A DNA stretch of 44,782 bases from Patescibacteria group bacterium (GCA_038063995.1 JBBTUA010000006.1:1-44782), one strand, 5' to 3'; counted from the first letter of the stretch, positions 1 through 9,218 are shown. The notes: generated from the sequence alone by a model not told the origin. Made by a program: numbers and translations.

Positions 1-107
1 GCGTGCCATTTCCAAGAAGGGCCGCCCCTATGAAGAAAATGATGTTGCGGGACGGTGAATGTTTGAGCAGGAAAGGGCGAGAAGAAGTTGGCATACCCGA
101 TTAAGGC
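1..107 (+). repeat. Right arm of a large structured intergenic element, cut by the window edge (type A arm followed by reverse type B arm)
   Basis: CAAGAAGGGCCGCCCCTATGAAGAAAATGATGTTGC resembles CAAGAAGGGCTACCCTTATGAAGGAATTGATATTGC at ~32736-32771. TTGAGCAGGAAAGGGCGAGAA (63-83) is the reverse complement of TTCTCGCCCTTTTCTGCTCAA at ~20914-20934 with 1 mismatch. Confidence 0.7.
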
Positions 108-116
108 TTTTATACT
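88..116 (+). promoter_or_regulatory. Putative sigma70 promoter giving a leaderless transcript
   Basis: TTGGCA(88-93), 17 bp, TATACT(111-116); ATG 7 nt downstream at 124. Confidence 0.5.
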
Positions 117-123
117 AAGAATA

Positions 124-1377
124 ATGCTTCATAGGTTAGAAAAACTTATTTTCTATATCTTCATTTTCTCTATTCCGTTTCAAACAAGGATTCTTCTGCG
201 TTCGTGGGGAATTGGATTTAATGAATGGAATTCCGCGTTTTCATACGCTACTGATTTATTGATTCTCGCGCTTCTGGGGCTTTGGTTTTTCAGGATTTTG
301 ATAAAAAAAGACAGATTTATTTTTTCAAGCTATGACTGGTTCTTGGCCGGATTCATTATTATTTCTGCGGTTTCAATTAAAAACGCTCCAAATCAGGCCC
401 TTGGATTTTATCAGTTACTGAAATTGATTGAATTTTCCCTTTTGTACTTTTATACCAAGTCTAATCTTGGACAGATTTTTAATTTAACGACTTCGTGTTT
501 CATTTTTCTTGCTTCCGGGTTTTTTCAGGCGGTCTTGGCGATCCTCCAGTATTTCAGGCAGTCGGACTTAGGGCTTCGATTTTTAGGCGAGACCGTTTTA
601 AACCCAAACCTATTTAATGTTGCCGTTTTTTTTGCTGAAGGGGAGAAAATAATGCGGCCATACGGCACATTGCCTCATCCTAATATTTTGGCTCTGGTAA
701 TTTTTGTTTCTATTTTCTTCCTTTATTTTCTAAGGTTTGAACTAAAATTTAAAAATATAATTTACGGAATTTTGCTTTTTGCGTTTTTTCTGACTTTTTC
801 CCGTGTCATAATTTTTGCTTGGCTTGCCGGTTTTCTTTTATTACTTAGAAAGCTGGATAGGAAAACTATTTTTACGACTCTGACGGTAATGATTTTATTT
901 TCAATTCTTTTCTGGCCGCAGGTTTTAGCCAGGCTGAATATTTCGCCGCAGGAAGAAGCGATAACGCTTCGCGGTTTTTACAACAAAGTTGCTCTTTTCG
1001 AAAAACCTTTTTGGGGAGTTGGGGTCGGCAATTTCGTGAATTGGTTTAAGGAGATAAACCCAGGTCTTGCACCTAATCTTTACCAGCCGGTTCATAATAT
1101 TTATCTTTTGATTTTTTCGGAGACAGGTATTTTAGGCCTTGCCGCATTCTTATTGTTTTTAATTTCTATCATTAAAAATTATCTTAAAGGCGAATTTAGC
1201 CGGCCATTTCATTATTCGATTTTTATTCTTTTTCTATTATTCTTGTTTTTGGGTTTATTTGATCATTTTCTATGGACAATTCAGCAGGGAAGGATTATTT
1301 TATTTCTTACAGTCGGTCTTTTAGCTGCTATGAGTCCCCATAGCTCAGTGGATAGAGCGCAGGCCTCCGGAGCCTGA
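124..1377 (+). CDS. O-antigen ligase/Wzy_C family membrane protein
   Basis: Multi-TM protein with RPYGTLPHPN, TFSR, GVGVGNF and PVHNIYL motifs. ATG 124 preferred over TTG 88 because of promoter spacing. Confidence 0.85.
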   Translation: MLHRLEKLIFYIFIFSIPFQTRILLRSWGIGFNEWNSAFSYATDLLILALLGLWFFRILIKKDRFIFSSYDWFLAGFIIISAVSIKNAPNQALGFYQLLKLIEFSLLYFYTKSNLGQIFNLTTSCFIFLASGFFQAVLAILQYFRQSDLGLRFLGETVLNPNLFNVAVFFAEGEKIMRPYGTLPHPNILALVIFVSIFFLYFLRFELKFKNIIYGILLFAFFLTFSRVIIFAWLAGFLLLLRKLDRKTIFTTLTVMILFSILFWPQVLARLNISPQEEAITLRGFYNKVALFEKPFWGVGVGNFVNWFKEINPGLAPNLYQPVHNIYLLIFSETGILGLAAFLLFLISIIKNYLKGEFSRPFHYSIFILFLLFLFLGLFDHFLWTIQQGRIILFLTVGLLAAMSPHSSVDRAQASGA

Positions 1378-1405
1378 GACCGAGGTTCAAATCCTCGTGG
1401 GGATA
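1334..1405 (+). tRNA. tRNA-Arg(CCG), CCA not encoded; overlaps the 3' end of the upstream CDS
   Basis: Cloverleaf: acceptor GTCCCCA/TGGGGAT, D arm GCTC/GAGC, anticodon arm CAGGC-CTCCGGA-GCCTG, T arm CGAGG-TTCAAAT-CCTCG. Confidence 0.93.
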
Positions 1406-1407
1406 CT

Positions 1408-2703
1408 ATGAAATTAGTTGCTGATCTGCAAATCCATTCTAAATATTCGCGGGCGGTGTCCCAGCAAATGGTTTTGGAGAATTTGGACAAATGGGCCAAA
1501 ATTAAAGGCATTAATGTTTTGGGGACAGGGGATTTGACTCATCCTTTGTGGCTGAAAGAGATAAAGCAGAAGCTTGAGCCGGCAGAACCCGGTCTTTTTA
1601 AGTTAAAAAAGCAATATAAAGTTGATTCGTTCGGACGGCTGGAGAAAGATTTTGAGCCGAGATTTATGCTTACCGGCGAAATAAGTTGTATCTACTCCAA
1701 AGGAGGAAAAGTGAGAAGAGTTCATCATCTATATCTTGTTCCCGATATTGAAACCGCCGAAAAAATAAATACCCAGCTTTCATTTATCGGTAATCTTAAG
1801 TCTGACGGCCGGCCGATCCTCGGTCTTGATTCAAAGGAATTTTTGAAAATATGCCTTGAGGCTTCGCCCGAGGTAATGGTCATTCCTGCCCATGCCTGGA
1901 CTCCTTGGTTTTCTATTTTTGGCTCCAAATCAGGGTTTGATTCGATTGAAGAGTGTTTTGATGAATACTCGAAATCTATTTATGCGGTGGAGACCGGCCT
2001 TTCCTCGGATCCGGCAATGAACTGGCGGCTTTCGCAATTGGATAAAGTGGCTTTAGTCTCCAATTCAGATTCGCATTCGCTTACCAGAATCGGGCGGGAA
2101 GCCAATGTTTTTGATGTCGAATTAAGCTACGCCGATATCATCGAGGCAATAAAATCAAGAGACCCGAAAAAGTTCCTGTTTACCATCGAGTTTTTTCCGG
2201 AAGAAGGGAAGTATCATTATGACGGCCACAGATTATGCAAGGTTTCATTAAGTCCGGAGCAAACGAAAAAGCATAATTTTCTTTGTCCGCAATGCCGCCG
2301 GCCGCTTACGATAGGAGTTTTAGCCAGAGTAGATCAATTGGCCGACAGGCCGGAAGGATTTAAGCCTTCTCGCTTGATTCTTTACAAAAATTCGATTCCT
2401 TTGGATCAAGTAATTGCCGATTCATTAGGTATGGCCGGAACCGGAAATACGGGCTGGCCCAAGGCAGTTGTGCAGGAATATGAAAAATTGATCAAAGGCG
2501 GAGGAAATGAGTTTAAGGTTCTTTTGGATTCAACCAAAGAGGAGTTAAATTCCATTACTTTGCCTCAAATTGCCGAGGGGATAATGAAGGTGAGAGAAGG
2601 AGCAGTGCATATTGAGCCTGGATATGACGGCGAATACGGAAAGATCAAAATATTTACGGCCAATGAAATAGAGAACATTTCCAAACAGGCCTCTCTTTTG
2701 TAA
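1408..2703 (+). CDS. Endonuclease Q family (PHP domain plus Zn ribbon) protein
   Basis: DLQIHSKYS, GTGDLTHP, PAHAWTPW, ETGLSSD, SNSDSHS, GKYHYDGHR, CPQC, PGYDGEYG. Confidence 0.85.
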   Translation: MKLVADLQIHSKYSRAVSQQMVLENLDKWAKIKGINVLGTGDLTHPLWLKEIKQKLEPAEPGLFKLKKQYKVDSFGRLEKDFEPRFMLTGEISCIYSKGGKVRRVHHLYLVPDIETAEKINTQLSFIGNLKSDGRPILGLDSKEFLKICLEASPEVMVIPAHAWTPWFSIFGSKSGFDSIEECFDEYSKSIYAVETGLSSDPAMNWRLSQLDKVALVSNSDSHSLTRIGREANVFDVELSYADIIEAIKSRDPKKFLFTIEFFPEEGKYHYDGHRLCKVSLSPEQTKKHNFLCPQCRRPLTIGVLARVDQLADRPEGFKPSRLILYKNSIPLDQVIADSLGMAGTGNTGWPKAVVQEYEKLIKGGGNEFKVLLDSTKEELNSITLPQIAEGIMKVREGAVHIEPGYDGEYGKIKIFTANEIENISKQASLL

Positions 2704-2715
2704 GCAGAGTTCTCT

Positions 2716-2753
2716 AAAATTGATGTTGCGGGATGGAGTTTTGGCTTTTCGCT
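2716..2753 (+). repeat. Remnant of a type A element right arm
   Basis: AAAATTGATGTTGCGGGATGG matches AAAATGATGTTGCGGGACGG at 36-55; ends in TTTTCGCT like the copy ending at 32789. Confidence 0.45.
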
Positions 2754-2772
2754 GTGGATAAATAGCTTGACC
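2753..2772 (+). promoter_or_regulatory. DnaA-box 9-mer just upstream of a -35-like hexamer
   Basis: TGTGGATAA (reverse complement TTATCCACA) at 2753-2761, TTGACC at 2767-2772. Confidence 0.4.
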
Positions 2773-2795
2773 AAGGGGGGGTTGGACTGCTACTC

Positions 2796-4067
2796 TTGAA
2801 ATTGCTTGTGAAAAGGCCCCAAGCGCATAAAAATCCAATAACTTCTGCTATTTTACTGGCATATATCGTTTATGCCTCTTTCGTTTTTGGGGTTTTTCCG
2901 GCTCAAGCAGTCAATACGGCTGCTTTTATCGCCAACCCCGAAGGTCCTCGTTATCTAGTAAAATCAAACAGCCAGTTTTTACAAAGAAGTTTTGGCGTCC
3001 GCCACTCTTTTGATAAAGGATTCACCGCCGATTTATCCGGCATTCAAGTTGCTTTGGCAAAGCTTTTTGGCGTGGAATTAGAACCAGTTGTTCAGCTTCA
3101 TATTCTTCCTGAATTGGATATCCCCGCAGAGGAAATTTTAGGTAAAAATTTGAAAACTAGTTCGAGTTCAAGAGTAATGCCTTCTGATCAAACCCCTTGG
3201 GGCATCGAAACCGTGTATAACAATTCTTTGGTTGTTTCTACTCAAGGCGGTGAAGGGATAAAAGTAGCGGTTTTGGATACAGGAGTTTTGAAAAGCCATC
3301 CCGATTTAAAAAATAGAGTCAAGGAATGCAAAGATTTTTCTAACCCCAGATTTCCGGTTAAAGACGGAGCCTGCGATGATAAAAACGGTCACGGAACTCA
3401 CGTAAGCGGCACTATTCTGGCTGACGGCGGAACGGATAAATTGGGTATTTACGGTGTTGCACCGGAAGCCAGCCTCTTTGCCTATAAGGTCTGCGGCAAT
3501 GACGGTTCCTGCTGGGCTGATGATATTGCTGTGGCTTTGAAAACTGCCGCTGATTCAGGGGCAAATATTGTTAATTTGAGTTTGGGTTCAGATTCGGATA
3601 GTTCTCTTATCAGAGAGGCGGTTGGCTACGCAATTTCAAAAGATGTTTTGATCATAGCTGCTGCCGGAAACGACGGCCCTTATTCTTTGAGCATTGATTA
3701 TCCGGCGGCCAATGTAGCGGTTGTGGCTGTTGGAGCAATAGATAAAGATTTGGCCGTGCCAGACTGGAGCTCCCGCGGCAACAATTTAAATTCTTTAGTT
3801 TACATAGTTGAAGAAAAGGATATGGAATTCGGCGCTCCCGGAGTAGGCGTGGAATCAACTTGGAAAAACGGCGGCTATACTGTACTTTCAGGAACTTCGA
3901 TGTCTTCGCCCCATATAGCCGGTTTGGCTGCCAAGCTGTGGCAGGGTTTAGCCCCCGAAGGAGAAAAAGCCAAAGCTACCAGAGACTTGCTCCATCAGTC
4001 AGCTAAAGACATTTGGACCCCTGGCGACGACGATGCCACTGGATTTGGATTGCCTCAAGTGAAATAA
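2796..4067 (+). CDS. S8 (subtilisin-like) secreted serine protease; start uncertain
   Basis: Catalytic motifs LDTG, HGTHVSG, AAAGN, GTSMSSPH; N-terminal hydrophobic signal region. Confidence 0.93.
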   Translation: MKLLVKRPQAHKNPITSAILLAYIVYASFVFGVFPAQAVNTAAFIANPEGPRYLVKSNSQFLQRSFGVRHSFDKGFTADLSGIQVALAKLFGVELEPVVQLHILPELDIPAEEILGKNLKTSSSSRVMPSDQTPWGIETVYNNSLVVSTQGGEGIKVAVLDTGVLKSHPDLKNRVKECKDFSNPRFPVKDGACDDKNGHGTHVSGTILADGGTDKLGIYGVAPEASLFAYKVCGNDGSCWADDIAVALKTAADSGANIVNLSLGSDSDSSLIREAVGYAISKDVLIIAAAGNDGPYSLSIDYPAANVAVVAVGAIDKDLAVPDWSSRGNNLNSLVYIVEEKDMEFGAPGVGVESTWKNGGYTVLSGTSMSSPHIAGLAAKLWQGLAPEGEKAKATRDLLHQSAKDIWTPGDDDATGFGLPQVK

Positions 4068-4075
4068 TGTAAGTA

Positions 4076-4699
4076 ATGAGGATTAATCGAGTAATCCGAA
4101 CTCTCGTTACTTCTGATTTTTTGTTGATCTCTGGTTTTGCCGTTTTCGGTCCGGTTTTTGCGGTTTTCATCACCCAGAAAATTGAAGGAGGAACTCTGGC
4201 GATCATCGGCTTCACCGCCGCCATATTTCAGATTTCCAAATCGGCTCTGCAAATTCCAATTGCCAATTATCTTGATAAAAACCACGGTGAAAAAGATGAT
4301 TTTTATTCTTTGATAATAGGTTCGTTTTTAATTGCGTTCGTTCCATTTCTTTATCTTTTTGCCTCTAGGCCTTCCCATCTTTATATAATTAACGCTATTT
4401 ACGGCATCGGTGCGGCGTTTGCCATTCCGCCCTGGAACGCAATTTTCACCCGCCACATCGATAAAATGCAGGAAAGCACTGATTGGGCCGTTGAATCTGT
4501 TTCGATCGGCATCGGCGCGGCTTCTGCAGCGGCAGTCGGCGGAATCATTGCCGATAAATTTGGTTTCCAAGCCGTCTTTTTTATCGCCGGGATCATAGCA
4601 ATACTCGGTGCGATAAGCCTGACCAGAATTTATTCGAGTCTGATGGAAGAAGTTCCCCGCGGCCAGGTTTTGCCGGAGCCAGGCAGAAAGCATAATTAA
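4076..4699 (+). CDS. Half-size (about 6 TM) MFS transporter
   Basis: 207 aa, hydrophobic helices, MFS-like GGIIADKFG and YLDKNHG motifs. Confidence 0.75.
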   Translation: MRINRVIRTLVTSDFLLISGFAVFGPVFAVFITQKIEGGTLAIIGFTAAIFQISKSALQIPIANYLDKNHGEKDDFYSLIIGSFLIAFVPFLYLFASRPSHLYIINAIYGIGAAFAIPPWNAIFTRHIDKMQESTDWAVESVSIGIGAASAAAVGGIIADKFGFQAVFFIAGIIAILGAISLTRIYSSLMEEVPRGQVLPEPGRKHN

Positions 4700-4703
4700 T
4701 GAA

Positions 4704-4927
4704 CCCCGTTAGAAGCCGCCCTAACGGGTTAAACGAATGAAGCATCAAATATATAATAACCATCATTCTGCGCATAAAACTAACAATGTAGACTGCGCAG
4801 TCCCGTTAGAGGCCGCGAGTGCCCGCCCCGTACGAGATAGAGTATCGCTGCGAGCCCTCGCGATCTCGTTCGGGGCCCGCAGCGTGTCTCTGCTTCTAAC
4901 GGGACGAAGCAGCGACTTCTAACGGGA
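4704..4927. mobile_element. Nested palindromic insertion: outer CCCCGTTAGAAG...CTTCTAACGGGA, inner 4801-4904, innermost 4826-4875
   Basis: TGAA direct repeats at 4700-4703 and 4928-4931. The inner copy matches the murG insert. The innermost 50-bp CCCCGTA...TTCGGGG hairpin is flanked by CCCG direct repeats. Confidence 0.85.
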
Positions 4928-6642
4928 TGAATCCCGAAATCTCGAAAATTTTTCAGGAAATGGCCGTATTGCTGGATATGAAGGGAGTGGCTTTCAAACC
5001 TCGGGCCTATGAAAAAGCGGCTCTTATAATTGAAAACTTGAATGAAGATGTCGGTGAGATCTATAAACAAGGCGGCCTAGATGCTTTGCTTGAGATTCAA
5101 GGCATCGGCCAGGGAATGGCGGAGAGGATCGAGGAATATATTAAAACCGGTCATATTTTGGATTACGAAAAATTAAAGAAACAGATACCGGTTGATGTAA
5201 GCGGATTGACTTTGATCGAAGGCTTGGGGCCGAAGAATATTTACAAGCTTTACAAAAAACTCGGGATTAAAAGCGTTAAGGATCTTGAAAAAGCGGCAAA
5301 GACAGGGAATCTGCGGGGCCTTGCCGGATTTGGCGAAAAATCAGAACAAAAAATCCTGAAAGGGATAGAATTTTTAAAAGTCGGACAGGGCCGTTTTCTT
5401 TTAGGCAATGTTTTGCCTTATATAAAAATAGTCATAGACCGTCTTAAAAAACTGCCTTATGTGGAGCAAGCAGTGCCGGCCGGTTCGATAAGACGAATGC
5501 AGGAAACAATCGGCGACTTGGATATTTTGGCGATTTCCAAAAAACCCGAAGAAACGATTGAATATTTTGTTTCAATGCCGGAGGTAAGCCATATCTACGG
5601 AAAAGGCCCGACTAAAGCCAATGTGCGGCTGAAAAACGGAATGGAGGCTGATTTAAGAGTTTTGGAGCCGAAGTCTTTCGGCGCCGCTTTGCAGTATTTT
5701 ACCGGAGACAAGTATCATAATATTTCTTTGCGGGAAATTGCCGTAAAAAGGGGCTATAAGTTAAGCGAGTACGGACTTTTCAAAGGGGAAAAGAGAATAG
5801 CCGGCGAAACAGAAGAAGAAATTTATGAGAAACTTGGCCTGGAATGGATTTCGCCGGAATTAAGGGCTAATTCAGGAGAAATTGATGCGGCTCGGCTCAA
5901 AAAGCTGCCCGATTTAATAAGGTACGGCTCTTTGAAGGGCGATTTGCAGGTTCAGACGGATTGGACCGACGGACAGCATTCCATAAAGGAAATGGCTGAA
6001 GCAGCTAAAAAATACGGATTAGAGTATATTGTGATAACAGACCACACCAAATCTTTGGCAATGACCGGAGGGCTTGATGAAAAGAAGCTGTTGAAACAGA
6101 TGGCCGCGATTGATGAAATCAATCGCGAGTTAAAAAGTTCAAAGTTCAAAGTTTTGAAAGGTGCAGAAGTCAATATTTTAAAAGATGGCAATTTAGATAT
6201 AAAAGATGAAGTCTTGGCTAAACTTGATGTGGTTGGCGCGGCGGTTCATTCAAACTTCAATCTTTCGGAAGAAGAACAGACGGAAAGGATAAAAGCCGCT
6301 ATGGAAAATCCGAACGTGGATATAATTTTCCATCCAACCGGAAGAATAATCCATAAAAGGGAGCCTTATAAAATTTCTATTGACGAGCTCATAAAAACAG
6401 CCAAAAAAACAGGAACGGTTTTGGAAATTGACGCTTATCCGAATCGGCTTGATTTAAAAGATGATTACATAAAAAAGGCGGTGGAGGCGGGAGTTTTGCT
6501 TTCCATTGATTCAGATGGCCATAGCATTTCCCATTTTCAGCATCTTGAGTTAGGAATCGCCCAGGCCCGCCGCGGCTGGGCCGGGAAGAAATCAGTTATC
6601 AATACCCGAAGCTGGGAAGATATGCTTAAATTATTAAAATGA
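4927..6642 (+). CDS. polX: DNA polymerase X family with C-terminal PHP domain
   Basis: HhH repeats, AGSIRR, GDLDIL, YFTG motifs; PHP motifs ITDH and IDSDGH. Confidence 0.93.
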   Translation: MNPEISKIFQEMAVLLDMKGVAFKPRAYEKAALIIENLNEDVGEIYKQGGLDALLEIQGIGQGMAERIEEYIKTGHILDYEKLKKQIPVDVSGLTLIEGLGPKNIYKLYKKLGIKSVKDLEKAAKTGNLRGLAGFGEKSEQKILKGIEFLKVGQGRFLLGNVLPYIKIVIDRLKKLPYVEQAVPAGSIRRMQETIGDLDILAISKKPEETIEYFVSMPEVSHIYGKGPTKANVRLKNGMEADLRVLEPKSFGAALQYFTGDKYHNISLREIAVKRGYKLSEYGLFKGEKRIAGETEEEIYEKLGLEWISPELRANSGEIDAARLKKLPDLIRYGSLKGDLQVQTDWTDGQHSIKEMAEAAKKYGLEYIVITDHTKSLAMTGGLDEKKLLKQMAAIDEINRELKSSKFKVLKGAEVNILKDGNLDIKDEVLAKLDVVGAAVHSNFNLSEEEQTERIKAAMENPNVDIIFHPTGRIIHKREPYKISIDELIKTAKKTGTVLEIDAYPNRLDLKDDYIKKAVEAGVLLSIDSDGHSISHFQHLELGIAQARRGWAGKKSVINTRSWEDMLKLLK

Positions 6643-7832
6643 GATCGTATAGAATAATACTAGCTGGCGGCGGAACTGGCGGCCATATCTTTCCGCTAGT
6701 CGCAGTTGCCAGAGAACTTAAGAAAAAGGCCGATGAAAAAGGCTTGAATTTGAAGCTTTTGGCTGTGGCTGAAGACAATATCTGGAGAAATGAATTTGAG
6801 AAGGAAGGCATAAACTTCAAAAGGATTTTTGCTTTGAAATTGCGCAAAGTAGAAGGAGGCCGGATTAATTTCTTAGCCTTTTTTGTTCTTCCTTTTACTT
6901 TGATTCAGTCTCTTTGGCTTCTTTTTTTATTTATGCCTGATCTCGTTTTTTCAAAGGGCGGTTTTGCCTCTGTTTTTCCTTCTTTGGCCGCCTGGTCGTA
7001 TTTTATTCCCGTATTTATCCACGAGTCGGATTCAATACCCGGTAAAGCAAACATTTTGCTTTCGAAATTCTCCAGAAAAGTTTTTATTTCTTTTGAAAAT
7101 GCAGCCGGATATTTTCCGGCTCCAAAAACAATTTTAAGCGGCAATCCAGTAAGAAAAGAAATATTTGGCGGCGACAGATCGCAGGCTCTGAACCGCTTTG
7201 GTTTCGGTCCTGATAAAAAAACCATTTTGTTTTTGGCCGGAAGCCAGGGTGCGGCATTTATAAATAATTTGGTAATCGATAGTTTGGTTCAGTTAGTAAA
7301 GGAATTTCACCCCGTTAGAGGCCGCGAGGGCCCGCAGCGTGCCTCTGCCTCTAACGGGGTTCAGATTATTCATCAGGCCGGAATAAATAACTTTGAACAA
7401 ATGAAAAAAGAACTTGAGCAGTTAAAACGGGAAGGGGAATCAAGCTATGCGGCTGATATTGAAAAGAATTATCGGCTTTTTGGCTTTTTAAGCGAAGAAG
7501 AATTAAAAGACGCTTTTGCCGCAAGCGATCTTATTGTAAGCCGCTCCGGTTCTAATATTTTTGAGATCGCCGCGTTGGGTAAGCCTGCAATCGTTATTCC
7601 TTATCCTTATTCTGCCGGAGAGCATCAAAGGCAAAATGCTATTGAATTTGCGAAGTTTGGAGCAGTTGTTCTTGAAGAACAAAACCTTAAAACCCATATT
7701 TTAATTGATCAGATAAAAAATCTTTTAAAGCCGGAAAACTATTCGGCTGTAAGCCAGCAGATAAAAAGCTTTGCGAGAGTTGAAGGCGGAGGAATAATCG
7801 CCGCCGAAATATTTGAATATTTAAATATATAA
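6639..7832 (+). CDS. murG: MurG glycosyltransferase with an 18-aa palindrome-derived insert
   Basis: GGGTGGHIFP, KGGF, HESD, GNPVR, GSQGA, HQRQNA. Confidence 0.93.
   Translation: MRSYRIILAGGGTGGHIFPLVAVARELKKKADEKGLNLKLLAVAEDNIWRNEFEKEGINFKRIFALKLRKVEGGRINFLAFFVLPFTLIQSLWLLFLFMPDLVFSKGGFASVFPSLAAWSYFIPVFIHESDSIPGKANILLSKFSRKVFISFENAAGYFPAPKTILSGNPVRKEIFGGDRSQALNRFGFGPDKKTILFLAGSQGAAFINNLVIDSLVQLVKEFHPVRGREGPQRASASNGVQIIHQAGINNFEQMKKELEQLKREGESSYAADIEKNYRLFGFLSEEELKDAFAASDLIVSRSGSNIFEIAALGKPAIVIPYPYSAGEHQRQNAIEFAKFGAVVLEEQNLKTHILIDQIKNLLKPENYSAVSQQIKSFARVEGGGIIAAEIFEYLNI
7310..7359. mobile_element. 50-bp in-frame palindromic insertion with 4-bp TTCA duplication
   Basis: CCCCGTTAGAGGC...GCCTCTAACGGGG flanked by TTCA at 7306-7309 and 7360-7363. 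Removing 54 bp restores EFQIIHQ. Confidence 0.9.
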
Positions 7833-7837
7833 ACTTT

Positions 7838-8650
7838 ATGCTGATAGGCAATAAAGACATCCAAAATTACTTTGAAGATTTAGCAAGAAAGGGCGAGGGT
7901 TTTAATCATGCTTATCTTTTTTGCGGTTCTGAAGGAGTCGGGAAAAAATCTCTGGTTTTGAAAATTGCCGAAATGGTCTCCGGTATTTCTTCTGAAACAA
8001 ATCCGGACTTCAGGATAATAAGCAAAGGCGAAGAAGAAATTCATATTTCAGATTCCAGGGAATTAAAAGAATTTATCCATCTTACCGCTTTTGGCAGGTA
8101 TAAAATTGCTTTGATCGATAACGCCCACCTGCTTAACCGCGACGCCTCCAACGCGCTTTTAAAAATTTTAGAGGAGCCGCCGGGCCGCTCAATTATCTTT
8201 TTAATAAGCCATTTGCCAAAAATGCTATTGCCGACTGTTGTTTCGCGATGCCAGATTTGGAAATTTAAGCCGATTCAGGGAGATGAGCTTGTTAATTATT
8301 TAATCAACCAGAAAAAAATCAGCAAAGAAACAGCTCTTTCTATTTCAAAGTTTGCCAGAGGCTCCCTTGGTTTGGCCTTGGAACTTGCGGAAAATTTTGA
8401 TAATTTCAAGAAGAGCGTTAATTTATTGAATAAGCTGGCTAAAGCTGATTTAAAAGAAAGGTTTGAGACGGCTAAGAAAATTTCGGCCAGCCAGGAGGAT
8501 TTGAAAAAAGCGGTTAAAGACTGGCTGATTTATTCGGCGGCGCTTCCGGGAAAGAAGCTTGCCGGAAAAGTTTTGCGTCTGACCGGAATAATTTCCAGAC
8601 CCCAGTTCAACCACCGGCTGGCTTTAGAGAATTTTTTGATAAATATCTGA
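7838..8650 (+). CDS. holB: DNA polymerase III delta-prime subunit
   Basis: HAYLFCGSEGVGKK, NPDF, NALLKILEEPP, TVVSRC. Confidence 0.9.
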   Translation: MLIGNKDIQNYFEDLARKGEGFNHAYLFCGSEGVGKKSLVLKIAEMVSGISSETNPDFRIISKGEEEIHISDSRELKEFIHLTAFGRYKIALIDNAHLLNRDASNALLKILEEPPGRSIIFLISHLPKMLLPTVVSRCQIWKFKPIQGDELVNYLINQKKISKETALSISKFARGSLGLALELAENFDNFKKSVNLLNKLAKADLKERFETAKKISASQEDLKKAVKDWLIYSAALPGKKLAGKVLRLTGIISRPQFNHRLALENFLINI

Positions 8651-8663
8651 TAGCCAGTGAATT

Positions 8664-9218
8664 ATGATAGACAAATCGTTAATCGAAAATTTAAAGAAGG
8701 AATTAGCCAAAGTTTTGGAATTTTTAAAAAACGATGTGGCCCAGATTAGAAGCGGCCGTGCCTCGCCGGCTCTGGTTGAAAATATTAAAGTCGATGCCTA
8801 TGGTTCAAAAATGAATTTAAAGGAAGTGGCGAGCATTATGGTTCCTGATCCAAAGACTTTGATGATCCAGGTCTGGGATAAAGGTTTGGTTAATTCTGCG
8901 GCCAAAGGAATTGAAGAATCAAGGCTCGGCTTAACGCCCAATATTGAAGGCCAGAATATAAAATTGGTTATCCCGCCTTTAGTCGAAGAAAGGAAAAGAG
9001 AATTAACCAAACTTTTGCACGACAAGCTCGAACAGGCCCGGATCAGGGTTAGGCGCGAGCGGGATGAAGTTTGGCATAAGGTTCAGGAGCTTGAAAAAGA
9101 AAAGAAAATTTCTCAAGATGAAAAATTCAGGGCTAAAGACGAATTGCAAAAGATTGTCGATGAATTTAATAAGAAGATCAAAGAGATAGGGGATGCCAAG
9201 GAAAAAGAATTAATGTAG
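8664..9218 (+). CDS. frr: Ribosome recycling factor
   Basis: IRSGRASP, VDAYG, PPLVEERKREL, KEKELM. Confidence 0.96.
   Translation: MIDKSLIENLKKELAKVLEFLKNDVAQIRSGRASPALVENIKVDAYGSKMNLKEVASIMVPDPKTLMIQVWDKGLVNSAAKGIEESRLGLTPNIEGQNIKLVIPPLVEERKRELTKLLHDKLEQARIRVRRERDEVWHKVQELEKEKKISQDEKFRAKDELQKIVDEFNKKIKEIGDAKEKELM

Noticed and set aside
4737-5070. ORFs 4737..4922 (+) and 4780..5070 (-)
   Set aside because: They run through the nested palindromes or antisense to polX; best explained as by-products of stop-poor repeats.
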